Assembly: GCA_934747775.1 (NCBI GenBank)
Contig: CAKVHA010000002.1
Span: 70,361 to 134,360 of the forward strand
DNA: 64,000 bases
From: an uncultured Clostridia bacterium
Lineage (GTDB): Bacteria > Bacillota > Clostridia > Christensenellales > UBA1242
Direction: 5' to 3'
In this document: piece after piece, positions 17,807 through 28,369 of the stretch
Position numbering within the stretch: position 1 is the stretch's first letter
How the letters are laid out: each line of letters starts with the position of its first letter
Translations under genes and position numbers: made by a program
Notes under the pieces: generated by a model
The model's input: the letters and a program-made list of their open reading frames with translations, nothing else
Told to the model about the DNA's origin: nothing
The model's database searches: none

Positions 17807-18403
17807 ATGACAAAAATAGAATTTGACAAAAGCGAAACAAAAATAAACCTAGCAAGGGCGTTTGCGGGAGAATGTCAAGACGGCGCAAGATATCAGTTTA
17901 TATCAAAACAAGCCGAGCAAGAAGGATACGCATACATTAAAACCCTACTTAAAACACTGGCAAAAAACGAAATGGCTCACGCAAAAGTTTACTACGACCT
18001 TATCACTCAAAACTGCACTAAAAAACAAGAAAATATTCAAATTGAAGGCGGATATCCTTTTGAATTTGGAAATCTTCAACAAAACCTTATGGACAGCATA
18101 AAAACCGAAATTAGCCAAAGTAATAACGTGTACCCGTCGTTTGCAAAAGTTGCGCGCGACGAAGGATATGAAGACATTGCTCACGCGTTTGACCTAGTGG
18201 CAACTGTAGAAAACTGCCACCATATGCTTTTACAACAGATTTATGATAAATTAAAAGGCAAAAAGCTATATAAATCTACCGAGCCGCGCAAATGGAAATG
18301 TAGCGAATGCGGATTTGAACACACAGCAAAACAAGCGTGGAACGAATGCCCATCGTGTCATATGCCGCAAGGATATGTAGAAATTCCTATTGATGTGGAG
18401 TAA
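17807..18403 (+). CDS. rbr: rubrerythrin
   Basis: Ferritin-like diiron region (NLARAFAGECQDGARY...EMAHAK...) plus a C-terminal rubredoxin-type CxxC...CxxC (CSECG...CPSC). Confidence 0.9.
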   Translation: MTKIEFDKSETKINLARAFAGECQDGARYQFISKQAEQEGYAYIKTLLKTLAKNEMAHAKVYYDLITQNCTKKQENIQIEGGYPFEFGNLQQNLMDSIKTEISQSNNVYPSFAKVARDEGYEDIAHAFDLVATVENCHHMLLQQIYDKLKGKKLYKSTEPRKWKCSECGFEHTAKQAWNECPSCHMPQGYVEIPIDVE

Positions 18404-18594
18404 AATTTTTTAACAATGATAAAAACAATAATGTAAACAATTTTACAAGCACAATTAAAAGTAGAAAACAACAATAAACAGCCAAGCAGCTAAACTTGTA
18501 AAATACAACAAAAACAAATCACTATTTATGCTAACTATTAAAAAAGAACATACTGAGTTAAAGTCAATATGTTCTTTTTTTAAAACCTTAATTT

Positions 18595-20523
18595 TTAGAT
18601 ATTAGCAGCAAAGATTATGCTTTTTCCAGCAAAGCTTAAAATTGATTGTGTATTTTCGGTTTTCACACCAATTTGAGTGCCGCCTTGGTTACTGAAATCG
18701 TATGTTGCACCAATTTCGCCAGTGATTTTTTTGCAACCAACTTTTACTAAGTATGATTGAATTGGAAGTTTTGCTTCAATTTTGCCGTTTTTAGTAGATA
18801 CATAATAAGGAACTAATTCTTCAAAAATTGTTTTTGGAAGATATCCGTTTTCGGTTTCTGATGGATAATTTACAGTGTCTAGCACTTTATTCACATTAAC
18901 CTTAACATTTGCGTCACCAGTACAAACAATGCGGAAAGGATTTATTTCGGTGGACAATGTGATTTTGCCGTCTTTAGAATTAATTTGCGTGTAATAATAT
19001 CTTGAATTTGTTGCGTCTTCGGTGTCTTCTTTAACAGAGCTTTCGCCTTTTTTAGAATTTACAACAATTGCTCCTTTTTGGCTGGAGAACACGCCGTCTT
19101 GATAGTACTCGCCCACATTTATATCGCCAAATTTTGTATAAACAATAATTGATGATGTTTTTGTAAACTCTTTTACAAGCACGTCGTTTTCGGTGATGTT
19201 TGTAGGCCAATAGCCCGATGTTGTAATTTTAACATCGCCGTTTTCGCTAGTCATACTAGCTTGGTGTGCAAGGTGACCTATTATAACATTGCCATATTTA
19301 TTATAAAGACCTAATTTGCCAACTACTTCGCCAAGTTCTACTGCGGCACTTTCGGTGAATATGGTGTTTTCGTAAATTTTATCGTTACCATTAGAAGTGT
19401 ATTTGTATAGGCTTTTTGTGTCGTCTATTTTAGTAACAGAGCGGCTACGATTAGATGAATTTAGCACATTTATATGCAAAGCACCTGTATCGGATTTAAA
19501 TAAAAATCCGCCTTCGCCACTATGCACTTCTTCGGCGTCAAACTTAACATTACTGCCCACAACTTCCATACCCTTTACAGCAACAAGTTTGTTGAATTTG
19601 TATTTTGCATTTTTAGAAGTTAAAAACAATTTTTTGTTGCTAACAGTAACTTTTTTGAATTTAGAAAAATCAAATGTTCCGCCATTTGTGGAAATATTTA
19701 GTTCGTTAACGTTCCAGTTGTCGGCATAGTTTCCAATTTCCGAGCCAATGCCGCTAATTACTGCATTGCCCTTGTTTGTGGTTAGGTTTAGGCTAACAAT
19801 ATTTAAAGGAACACCCTTATCTTTATATTTAATTAATCCCGCTTTAAGTTTTTCCGACCAAGCTGTGTGCTTTTCGTCATCTTCGGCTGGTTCTGGATTT
19901 TCAACTTCGGTTTCTTTATCGCCGTTTTTAACAATTTCTACTGCGCGGGTTACAACGTCGTTGTTAAATGTAATATCTTTGTCGCCACCAGTAATGTCTA
20001 GGCTGTAATTTATAAAACTAGAACCATTTGAATATGGCAAATTAATTTCTATTGTATTTGATTTTTGAAACACAAGTTTGCCTTCGGGTTCTACCATTGA
20101 AATTTCAATAATACGTGTTTTTTTGTCTTCGCTAAGTTTATCGGAATTTATAATTGCTTTAGGAAGTGTACGTGCTGTTTTTTCGCCTGTTTCGGCATCA
20201 ACATCTGCTTTTAAAAAACCAAAATACTCGCTTGTGCTAATAATTGAAATTTTGTTTTCAGCGCCTTTTTTGCCTTCGGTTGAAAACGAATTAATTCTAA
20301 CACCATACTTATTTGAATTTATTTTTAGTGTAATATTTTCTTCACTACTAATAGCTGCACTGGTGTAATGATTTTCGGAATCTAGCGAAACGTGCCTAAA
20401 ATAATATCCAAAAAGTGTTGATTTTGGTGACAAATACAAAAAACCAACACCTAAAGCACATATCATTAGCGCTGCTAATATTACCAAACAGCTATAAATA
20501 AAAATTCCCTTTAAGGCTTTCAT
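18595..20523 (-). CDS. membrane-anchored beta-rich hypothetical protein
   Basis: 642-aa ORF with an N-terminal TM anchor (IFIYSCLVILAALMICALGVGFLYL). The rest is Asn/Gly/Thr/Ser-rich, as in adhesin-like beta-strand repeat proteins. No motif recognised. Confidence 0.5.
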   Translation of the reverse strand: MKALKGIFIYSCLVILAALMICALGVGFLYLSPKSTLFGYYFRHVSLDSENHYTSAAISSEENITLKINSNKYGVRINSFSTEGKKGAENKISIISTSEYFGFLKADVDAETGEKTARTLPKAIINSDKLSEDKKTRIIEISMVEPEGKLVFQKSNTIEINLPYSNGSSFINYSLDITGGDKDITFNNDVVTRAVEIVKNGDKETEVENPEPAEDDEKHTAWSEKLKAGLIKYKDKGVPLNIVSLNLTTNKGNAVISGIGSEIGNYADNWNVNELNISTNGGTFDFSKFKKVTVSNKKLFLTSKNAKYKFNKLVAVKGMEVVGSNVKFDAEEVHSGEGGFLFKSDTGALHINVLNSSNRSRSVTKIDDTKSLYKYTSNGNDKIYENTIFTESAAVELGEVVGKLGLYNKYGNVIIGHLAHQASMTSENGDVKITTSGYWPTNITENDVLVKEFTKTSSIIVYTKFGDINVGEYYQDGVFSSQKGAIVVNSKKGESSVKEDTEDATNSRYYYTQINSKDGKITLSTEINPFRIVCTGDANVKVNVNKVLDTVNYPSETENGYLPKTIFEELVPYYVSTKNGKIEAKLPIQSYLVKVGCKKITGEIGATYDFSNQGGTQIGVKTENTQSILSFAGKSIIFAANI

Positions 20524-20775
20524 ACGCTACCGCCCATACACATTTATTTATTATATTATATATTATCATAATCTAAAAATCAAATAAATTAACCACAATA
20601 TTTGCATACTTATTTTAATTTGCCTTTTACTAGCACTTAGTATTTTTTTAGGCGTAATTTAGATGGTTTTAAAATAATCCGCATAAAATTAAATAGTTTT
20701 TGAACATAAAAAATTAAAAAATTATTATAAAAATTTGATAAATCTTAACAATGATGTTAAACTAAAAAAAAGGAA

Positions 20776-21468
20776 GTGAAAAAATTGAAAACAACAAAAA
20801 AGATTTTAATGTATTCGTCGCTAGCAACACTTAGCGTGTGTATAATAATGCTAATAAGTGCATTGTTTGGGGCAAAAGTTTTTGAGGGAGTGTTATTAAA
20901 ACTGCTAATTACTTGTGCTGTGATTGCAATTGCAGGTTTTTTTAGCATAAACGCCATAACCATTACAAATAAAAATAAAACTGTGGGATATGTATGCTTG
21001 GGATTACTAGCAACACTTAGTTTGTGTTTACTAATAATCACTTGGGCAAGCGTAAAATGGGGCACATTTAATAAGCTTGTGTTTATTTTGTTAATTACAA
21101 CAATTTTTGTAAACATTATCGTAACTTTATTGCTGAAATTAGACAAAAGCTTTTTTGTATTACAACTAATTACCTACGCATTAATTGTGGCACTTGATAT
21201 TGTAATTGCATTGCTAATTTGGGGCAAACCAGTGTTAAACAACCCTACTGTTTTAAAACTATTTGTCGCTGGGTGCATTGCTGTGTTTGGGCTACTTTGT
21301 GCGCTTGTAATTTTGAGCAAAAAAGTGGAAAAAGACGGATTTAGCAAACATAGCGAAGACCTATCTTTACTAGAAGAAAAAGTAAAACAACTAGAATTAG
21401 AAAACGCAACACTTAAAGCGGAAAATGAAAGACTAAAAAGTGAAAACGAAAGTTTAAAGAATAAATAA
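20776..21468 (+). CDS. multi-pass membrane protein with C-terminal coiled coil
   Basis: Five to six TM segments, then EEKVKQLELENATLKAENERLKSENESLKNK. The start is uncertain (GTG 20776, TTG 20785 or ATG 20809). Confidence 0.6.
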   Translation: MKKLKTTKKILMYSSLATLSVCIIMLISALFGAKVFEGVLLKLLITCAVIAIAGFFSINAITITNKNKTVGYVCLGLLATLSLCLLIITWASVKWGTFNKLVFILLITTIFVNIIVTLLLKLDKSFFVLQLITYALIVALDIVIALLIWGKPVLNNPTVLKLFVAGCIAVFGLLCALVILSKKVEKDGFSKHSEDLSLLEEKVKQLELENATLKAENERLKSENESLKNK

Positions 21469-21500
21469 AAAAATGACCTAACCTTAGGTCATTTTTTTTG
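21467..21500. terminator. bidirectional intrinsic terminator
   Basis: AAAAAA-ATGACCTA-acct-TAGGTCAT-TTTTTTTT, between convergent genes. Confidence 0.85.
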
Positions 21501-21607
21501 AAAACAATTATAACTTTTTTTGATTTAAAATTATTTAGTTCAACATTTTAACATCAAGTAATTTAATTTTATCAACGTTAACAATATTTAACAAAATATT
21601 TAAAGCT

Positions 21608-23431
21608 TTATTCTAACACGGCTTTAATACGTCTAACACCAGCAGAAGAACTTTCTTCTTTTTTAATTACAAATTTTCCCAATTCGCCAGTATTTTTCAC
21701 GTGTGGTCCACCGCAAATTTGGAAGTCTACATCGCCAATTTTGTAAATAGAAACAATTTCATTTGGTTCGGCTTTATGAACACCATATGCGCCTTGTTTT
21801 AAAGCTTCTTCAAACGGCATTTCAACACGTGTTACATCAATTTTTTGAGCAATAACATTGTTTACAAAATCTTCTAGTTGTTTTAGTTCGGACTGCTCCA
21901 TTTTGCGGTCAAAATTAAAGTCAAAACGCAATCTTTCACTTGTAATATTGCTACCCTTTTGCTCCACGCCAGTGCCAAACATTTTTCTTAAGCCCGCAAG
22001 CATAATGTGGCAAGCGGTGTGAAGTTTTACAGTAGCATCGCTATCGTCGGCAAGACCGCCTTTAAACTGCCCAGCGCTTGCAGTACGTGCAAGTTCTTGA
22101 TGCTCCTTAAATGCTTCGTCAAAACCAGCTTTATCCACTTTTAGCCCGCGTTCGTTTGCCATTTCTATTGTTAGTTCTATTGGAAATCCAAAAGTATCAA
22201 AAAGCCTAAACGCAGCTTTTCCGCCAATTGTTGTTTCGGGAACATAGTTTGGGTCTTTAGCAGACATAAACTCATTTTTGCGAACAATTCCATTTACAAC
22301 CTTATCAAACTCTTTAACACCAGCATTAAGTGTGTTTAAAAACCTTTCTTCTTCCTTATTTAGTTCGGAAATTATTTTATCTTCGTTTGTTTTAAACTCT
22401 GGATAAGTGTCTTTAAAAAACTCCACATAATGAGCGGCAAGTTTTGCCAAATCGCCTTTTTGAATGCCAAGTTTCATAGCTTCGCGCACTGCACGGCGGA
22501 TTAAACGACGCAAAATATAGCCTGCACCAACATTGCTAGGAGTAAGACCTTTTTCGTCACCCAAAATAACGGTTGATGTACGAATATGGTCACAAACAAT
22601 TCTAAACGAGCGAGTATATTCGTCGCCATCGTCATTGTATTTTTTATTAGAAAGCTGTTCTAGTAGTTTTATTGCGTCTTCAAAAACATCAGTTACATAA
22701 ATAGATTTTGCGCCGTTTAGCACAATAATGCAACGCTCTAATCCGTATCCGCAGTCCACATTTTTTTGAGTGGCTGGCAAATACTCGGTGTCGCTAATTT
22801 TGTTGTACTGCATATAAACGTCGTTGCCAAATTCCATATATTTGCCACAATCGCAACTTGGATTGCAGTCTTCTGAGCATTTAGGTTTTCCAGTATCCAA
22901 AAATACTTCGTTGTCTGGTCCACAAGGTCCGCGGTTTATTTCCCACCAGTTGTCTGGAATAAAGAAAATGCGGCTTTTATCTACGCCAAGCGCTTCCCAA
23001 TAACCTGCAGTTTCGGTGTCTTTAGGGGCGTGCTTATTGCCACTAAAACAAGTAACCGCAAACTGCTCTGGTTTTAATCCCAAATATTTTGGGCTGGTTA
23101 TAAACTCGTAGCTCCACGCGGTTTTTTCTTTTTTAAAATAGTCGCCAATACTCCACGAACCTAGCATTTCAAAAAATGTAAGGTGGCAAGCGTCGCCCAC
23201 TTCGTCTATATCGCCAGTACGGATACATTTTTGAACATCGCAAATACGTTTTCCCATTGGGTGCGGTTGACCCATTAGGTACGGAACAAGTGGGTGCATT
23301 CCTGCTGTTGTGAATAGCACGCTTGGGTCGTTTTCGGGGATAACCGACGCACTTTTAATTTCAATATGACCTTTGCTTTTGTAAAATTCTAGCCACATAT
23401 TTAATAATTCTGATCTTGTAAGTTTTTTCAT
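21608..23431 (-). CDS. alaS: alanine--tRNA ligase, short form (no C-Ala domain)
   Basis: N-terminal AlaRS catalytic core (FTTAGMHPLVPYL..., KCIRTGDIDEVGD..HLTFFEMLG) and editing-domain motifs HTACHIM and CGGPHV. ATG 23431 follows an AAGGTG RBS. The protein ends shortly after the editing domain. Confidence 0.9.
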   Translation of the reverse strand: MKKLTRSELLNMWLEFYKSKGHIEIKSASVIPENDPSVLFTTAGMHPLVPYLMGQPHPMGKRICDVQKCIRTGDIDEVGDACHLTFFEMLGSWSIGDYFKKEKTAWSYEFITSPKYLGLKPEQFAVTCFSGNKHAPKDTETAGYWEALGVDKSRIFFIPDNWWEINRGPCGPDNEVFLDTGKPKCSEDCNPSCDCGKYMEFGNDVYMQYNKISDTEYLPATQKNVDCGYGLERCIIVLNGAKSIYVTDVFEDAIKLLEQLSNKKYNDDGDEYTRSFRIVCDHIRTSTVILGDEKGLTPSNVGAGYILRRLIRRAVREAMKLGIQKGDLAKLAAHYVEFFKDTYPEFKTNEDKIISELNKEEERFLNTLNAGVKEFDKVVNGIVRKNEFMSAKDPNYVPETTIGGKAAFRLFDTFGFPIELTIEMANERGLKVDKAGFDEAFKEHQELARTASAGQFKGGLADDSDATVKLHTACHIMLAGLRKMFGTGVEQKGSNITSERLRFDFNFDRKMEQSELKQLEDFVNNVIAQKIDVTRVEMPFEEALKQGAYGVHKAEPNEIVSIYKIGDVDFQICGGPHVKNTGELGKFVIKKEESSSAGVRRIKAVLE

Positions 23432-23617
23432 AATATTCACCTTCGTATGTGGTATTTTAGCATTTTAGTGTATAAATTGCAAGTTTAATACAATATTAAT
23501 AACAAAAATTTTAACCACATTTTAACACACAAACACTTAAGCGGTTTGTTTTAAATATTTTTAGTACACTCGTAGATTTATTTTAATTTTACGCATACTA
23601 AGGTATGGAGATTTTAT

Positions 23618-24994
23618 ATGGTTGATAGCAATGACAAAAAGAGCAACAAATTAATATACGGGCTTGGAAATTTGGGATACAGTGTGATAAGCCAAACGAT
23701 GACAAATTTTTTTATGTTTTTTGGAACTTCGGTTATTAAACTAAGCGGTGTTTTGGTGGGCATTGCCATTGCAATAAGCACATTTTGGGACGGCTTTACT
23801 GACCCAATTGTGGGGTATTTAAGCGACACTCACGACTTTTTAAAAATGGGCAACCGCAAGGGATATATGTTTGCTGCAACATTTGGAATGATATTATTTA
23901 ACCTATTTATTTGGTTTGTTCCGCTAAATGCAAGTATGTGGGTGAAATTTGTGTGGGTGCTAGTGGGATTAGTGCTGCTAGAAACTTTTAACACACTCTA
24001 CTCCACACCATATATGGCGCTTGGCACCGACATTAGCGTAAACTATCACGACCGCACGCTAATTCAAATTAGCAAAACTTGTTTTTTCTTGTTGGGTATG
24101 ATAATTCCTAGCGTGCTTTTGTACATTTTTTTGCCAAACACAGCGGAATATCCTGTGGGACAACTAAACCCTTACGGATACAGATATATGGCAATTTTTA
24201 CAAGCGCAATATGCTTAATTAGCGGTTTAGTTTGCGTGTTTTTTACTCGTGGTGGGTCGCAAGTGGGAAACACAAAAGTTCCATTTAAGATGTCGCAAAT
24301 TTTTGCGGATTTTAAAAACACATTAAAATGCAAGGAGCTGGGGCTATTAATTTTGGGCTACTCGGTGTGTATGGTTAGCGGCACAATTTTAACGGGTGTG
24401 GGGCTGCATTTTTTTACATATTGTTTTAGGCTAAACACTGGGCACATAACGCTGCTACTGGTGGCGCTGCTTTGCGGTACACTTTTTAGCCAACCGCTGT
24501 GGTTTAAATTGAGCGTAAAAAAAGACAAAAAGCAATCGCTACTTAGTGCAATTTTTGTGTCGGTAGTTGGGGCATTTTTAATAATAACCATATTTTTGTT
24601 GCGGTTTCAATTTGTTAAAGCGTTTGCACTGCTTATGGTTGCCATTTTTGTGTGCGGCGTGGGCAGTGGTGCGCTGTACTCTATTCCCACCAGTATGTAT
24701 TCCGACGCCATTATGCATCAAAACCGCATTACTGGAAAAAATCGCACAGCTATGTACAGCGGTGTGTTAACCTTTTCCAGCAACATTGCAAACTGTATTG
24801 CTTTGTTGATTGTTGGCGTTTTGCTTGATGTTATTAAGTTTAATCCGACCACGCAAGACCAAACACTTGGTGTACAAACTGGGCTGGCGCTTATACTTTT
24901 TGTAGGTATTCAAATTGCCCTTATTGGCGGATATTTTATTTTTAGTAAGTGCGAAACCACAAAACCCACAAAGTCGCACAAAGTGAGTTTGTGA
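23618..24994 (+). CDS. GPH/MFS-family (MelB-like) sugar:cation symporter
   Basis: About 12 TM segments. The N-terminal YGLGNLGYSVISQTMTNFFMFF...WDGFTDPIVGYLSD is typical of glycoside-pentoside-hexuronide transporters. Confidence 0.75.
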   Translation: MVDSNDKKSNKLIYGLGNLGYSVISQTMTNFFMFFGTSVIKLSGVLVGIAIAISTFWDGFTDPIVGYLSDTHDFLKMGNRKGYMFAATFGMILFNLFIWFVPLNASMWVKFVWVLVGLVLLETFNTLYSTPYMALGTDISVNYHDRTLIQISKTCFFLLGMIIPSVLLYIFLPNTAEYPVGQLNPYGYRYMAIFTSAICLISGLVCVFFTRGGSQVGNTKVPFKMSQIFADFKNTLKCKELGLLILGYSVCMVSGTILTGVGLHFFTYCFRLNTGHITLLLVALLCGTLFSQPLWFKLSVKKDKKQSLLSAIFVSVVGAFLIITIFLLRFQFVKAFALLMVAIFVCGVGSGALYSIPTSMYSDAIMHQNRITGKNRTAMYSGVLTFSSNIANCIALLIVGVLLDVIKFNPTTQDQTLGVQTGLALILFVGIQIALIGGYFIFSKCETTKPTKSHKVSL

Positions 24995-25118
24995 GTATAA
25001 CGACAAAACATACTGTATCCACTACTCAGAGATAAAAAATAACACCTTATGGACTAAGGTGCTATTTTTGTTAATGATAAGAATCATTAAGACTTAAGTT
25101 AAGCTAAATCAACTCAAA

Positions 25119-27947
25119 TTACACTCCAATTGGAATGTTTGAAACTGCTTTGTTGTAAAGGATTCTGCCAGTGTCGATTTGTTTTTGAGTGTTTTCTGCA
25201 AGTTCGGCGGTGCGGCGGTTGTATTCCTTTATATCTATTAGCGTGATTTGTGTTTTTGCATCGGTGTAGCCTTTGTCTTTTTGAATATTACCCGTCCCGT
25301 CTAGAAAATACTGCATATCGTGGTTAGCAACATCTTTATTTTCGCGCTTATAATTTTTAAATTGTTTTACAAGGTCGTTATACCCCACACCAGTTGTTAC
25401 TTTTTCTACGGTTTTGCCGCTTTTATTCATTTTATCCATAATAGCAAATGCAGACCTATCCACAGCATCTAAAATGTCTTTATATCGTAATCCTTTTGCA
25501 CTTTTCTCGTTTCTATCAAGTTCTACTAACAACTTTGTAGGGATTTCAATATTATCAAGGCAAACAGTTGATTTTCCATCATACCAAATATATGCTTGTC
25601 CTAAAATTTTTGTTTTGTATTTAGGCTTGCCTTCGGAATCTAACACAGCGTTGCCGTTTTCGTCTAGTTCTGGAATTAGGTTTCCTTTTGTGTTTTTCAT
25701 ATACTCTTCAAACACTAAAAATCCAGCATTTGGGTTTAGGTATCCGTCCATAACGCAAGATTCTGCTGCCCCGCCAAGGTGTTGGCAACAATTAGTTACT
25801 TCGCCTATTACAAAGCCTAGCGGGTCATCTTTTTCAAGAAATCTGTACATTACTGGGTTGTCGCTATTATCATTATTGGCTTTAATTACATAGTTCTCTT
25901 TATGTTCTTTCGAATAATTGTAAATTCTTTGTATTTCGTTAAAAGCTTCTTGAGGGTATCCATATTTTCCCACAAGTTTTGCTAGTTTTTCGTTGCCTTT
26001 GTCCACATTTGTGTAAATATAGCTTTGACAGCAATTAATCATAAATTCTGGAGTGAATAGTGAATTATGTTCGTTTCCTGTAATACCCCTATGCGGATAT
26101 GCTTCTTGTATTTGGCTAAATGAATTATGCACTTTCGCCAAATAATTAACCCCATCTTCGCTTAGGAAATATGGATTATTATTAAAGTACTTCATAACAA
26201 AACCAGCAAACATTGGATTAAAATCAGAAAGGGAATTTATACCACCATACAATCTATGAGCCACTTTAGCAATGCTTTCATCCATATCAAGTTTTTCTTT
26301 TTCTAAAGCTGGAAACATTTCAGTGGTTATAAATTCATACGCCTTGTTGCTAACAGCTTCGTCAGCGGAAAATCCACCAAGAGATTTGTATAGGTTTAGC
26401 AAATCCAACCCATCATAATCTGTATTTTTTGCATAAGAAATCTCGCCAATACCGCTTGCCTTTACTACTTTGCCCCAACGGATATTGTTTCCATTAACAA
26501 AATAATTGTCAATTTCGCCCTTTTTAAAGTTTTTAAATATCATCATAGGCGGCATAAACTTAATTTCTTTGTTTAAAAATTTATCAAAGTATTTATGAAT
26601 ACTTTCGGCAACTATTGTACCACTTAAAGCGGTATCGTATAATGAACCAGTATAGTGATTTATTGGAAAACTCTCCTGCTTTATCATCCAATTAAGGAAC
26701 TTTTGTTTTTGTTGCACATTGTACTTGTTTACAAAGTTCATATCAGTACAATCAGGAAATTTAAAATTAGTGCTTTCGTTAATTTTAAAATTTACTGAGC
26801 CAAGAGATTTTGTGAAATATGACAAAACAGGTTGGTCAAACACTAGCGTATCTACTGGAATTTCGCTTTTTAAATTTGGGCAACAACTAAATGAAGAAAT
26901 ATTAATTTTTTTAAGGTCTTTAGGAAGTATAATTTTTCTCACATCACAATCACGAAAAGCGTAGGTTGCAATTTCTTTAACACAGTCGTCTATGGTTACC
27001 GATTCGATACCCCTAGCGACTTGAAAATCATTTCTTTGCACTTCACTAATATTTCCAGAAATAACGATATTTCTTCTTTTAGCTTGTTTTGAATTATCGT
27101 TTTTTAACTTATCGTCATTGAAACCCATTGTAAAATAGAACTCTTGTGCATCGAAATGCTTATTTCTAAACACACTGGTATAACCCATTCTAAGTTGTTC
27201 TGAATTGGTGAATTTTATATATTCTAGGTTGTCGTTGTCGGCAAAAGCATCTGGTCTTAATGTTTCAAGCGTTTCTGGCAAGTCCAATTTTTTAATTCCG
27301 CATCTAAGAAATGCGCCATTGCTTATTTCACCCAAACCATAATTAAGGTTAACTTTTTTTAGGTTTGTGCAATCTTTAAACGCCCAATGATAAATTACAT
27401 CTAAATAGCTTGGAAAATTCAATTCTTCCAATGAACTGTTTTTTTCAAAAGCAGAATCACCTATTGATTTTAAATATTTGCCAAACTCAATTTTTTTTAG
27501 GTTGGTACAATTGTAAAAAGCTTCAGATTCTATAATATGCAAAGAATCTGGGAATTTTACGCTTTCAATCGCAGCGTCCCTAAAAGCATCTTTACCAATA
27601 ACTTCTAAATTTTTACCAAACTCAACTTCTTTTAATAGCTTTGCAGGAATATATCTTTTGGAAAAAGTATCTTCTTCAATGTTTATTAAAGAATCGGGAA
27701 GAACGACCTTTCCAAAAGCGCAGTCAATAAAAGCAGTTTGATCTATGTATTTAACACCTTCGGGCACGGTAATAACGCCGTCTTTTATCGCGTCGTGCGA
27801 AACCTTAAGAAGTCTGTCGTCAACAATAAGAAAGCCATCTTTGTAGTCATCTTCGGTGTATTCGTTGTAGTCGTATTCTACACCCAAATATTTGGTGTTT
27901 CTTCTTTTGTCGTTATACTCATTTATCTCTTTTAAATCAAATTTCAT
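25119..27947 (-). CDS. large cytoplasmic protein: N-terminal BspA-type leucine-rich repeats plus an uncharacterised C-terminal domain
   Basis: 942 aa with no signal peptide. The N-terminal ~370 aa has repeated ...IxxxAFxxCxxLxxIxxP... units (LRR_5/BspA type). The C-terminal ~550 aa is unrecognised and contains GEVTNCCQHLGGAAESCVMDG. Confidence 0.6.
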   Translation of the reverse strand: MKFDLKEINEYNDKRRNTKYLGVEYDYNEYTEDDYKDGFLIVDDRLLKVSHDAIKDGVITVPEGVKYIDQTAFIDCAFGKVVLPDSLINIEEDTFSKRYIPAKLLKEVEFGKNLEVIGKDAFRDAAIESVKFPDSLHIIESEAFYNCTNLKKIEFGKYLKSIGDSAFEKNSSLEELNFPSYLDVIYHWAFKDCTNLKKVNLNYGLGEISNGAFLRCGIKKLDLPETLETLRPDAFADNDNLEYIKFTNSEQLRMGYTSVFRNKHFDAQEFYFTMGFNDDKLKNDNSKQAKRRNIVISGNISEVQRNDFQVARGIESVTIDDCVKEIATYAFRDCDVRKIILPKDLKKINISSFSCCPNLKSEIPVDTLVFDQPVLSYFTKSLGSVNFKINESTNFKFPDCTDMNFVNKYNVQQKQKFLNWMIKQESFPINHYTGSLYDTALSGTIVAESIHKYFDKFLNKEIKFMPPMMIFKNFKKGEIDNYFVNGNNIRWGKVVKASGIGEISYAKNTDYDGLDLLNLYKSLGGFSADEAVSNKAYEFITTEMFPALEKEKLDMDESIAKVAHRLYGGINSLSDFNPMFAGFVMKYFNNNPYFLSEDGVNYLAKVHNSFSQIQEAYPHRGITGNEHNSLFTPEFMINCCQSYIYTNVDKGNEKLAKLVGKYGYPQEAFNEIQRIYNYSKEHKENYVIKANNDNSDNPVMYRFLEKDDPLGFVIGEVTNCCQHLGGAAESCVMDGYLNPNAGFLVFEEYMKNTKGNLIPELDENGNAVLDSEGKPKYKTKILGQAYIWYDGKSTVCLDNIEIPTKLLVELDRNEKSAKGLRYKDILDAVDRSAFAIMDKMNKSGKTVEKVTTGVGYNDLVKQFKNYKRENKDVANHDMQYFLDGTGNIQKDKGYTDAKTQITLIDIKEYNRRTAELAENTQKQIDTGRILYNKAVSNIPIGV

Positions 27948-28015
27948 CTCTCAATTTTCCTTTGGTTTTTAGTCTTAAAATTGAACCAATGTTGCCTTTG
28001 TATATCACTAATAAC

Positions 28016-28044
28016 AGTATACCACAAAAGTGGGCAAAAGTCAA
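28016..28044 (-). promoter_or_regulatory. promoter of the LRR gene
   Basis: Minus strand: TTGACT (28039-28044) - 17 nt (TTTGCCCACTTTTGTGG) - TATACT (28016-28021). Confidence 0.7.
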
Positions 28045-28065
28045 ATCTCGCCCTATTTTGCGGCA

Positions 28066-28308
28066 TTATTGCTGATTGTCCACTAGCACTTTTAGTTGCG
28101 CAACAATAAGTTTTGTTTGCTTGTTTAGTGCTAAAAAATCGTTTTCGTTTTTCTTAATTTCCTTAATTAGTTCGGATTGATCTAATCCCACCGACATTTC
28201 ATAGCGTTTTAAAAGCTCTTTCTTTTTTGCTTGCAATTTTTCTAGCTCAACACTTGCATTCTCTAACGCTTTTCTTAATTCATCAAGTTTTTGTCTGTTA
28301 ATCTCCAT
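28066..28308 (-). CDS. small coiled-coil protein (80 aa)
   Basis: Within ORF 28066..28410. ATG 28308 follows a GGGAGTG RBS and lies downstream of the promoter at 28370-28398. MEINRQKLDELRKALENASVELEKLQAKKKELLKRYE... shows heptad character. Confidence 0.6.
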   Translation of the reverse strand: MEINRQKLDELRKALENASVELEKLQAKKKELLKRYEMSVGLDQSELIKEIKKNENDFLALNKQTKLIVAQLKVLVDNQQ

Positions 28309-28369
28309 ATTTTCACTCCCTATTTTTATTTGTCTTTTTGTTTTTATTGTCACATTACCATATATAAAT

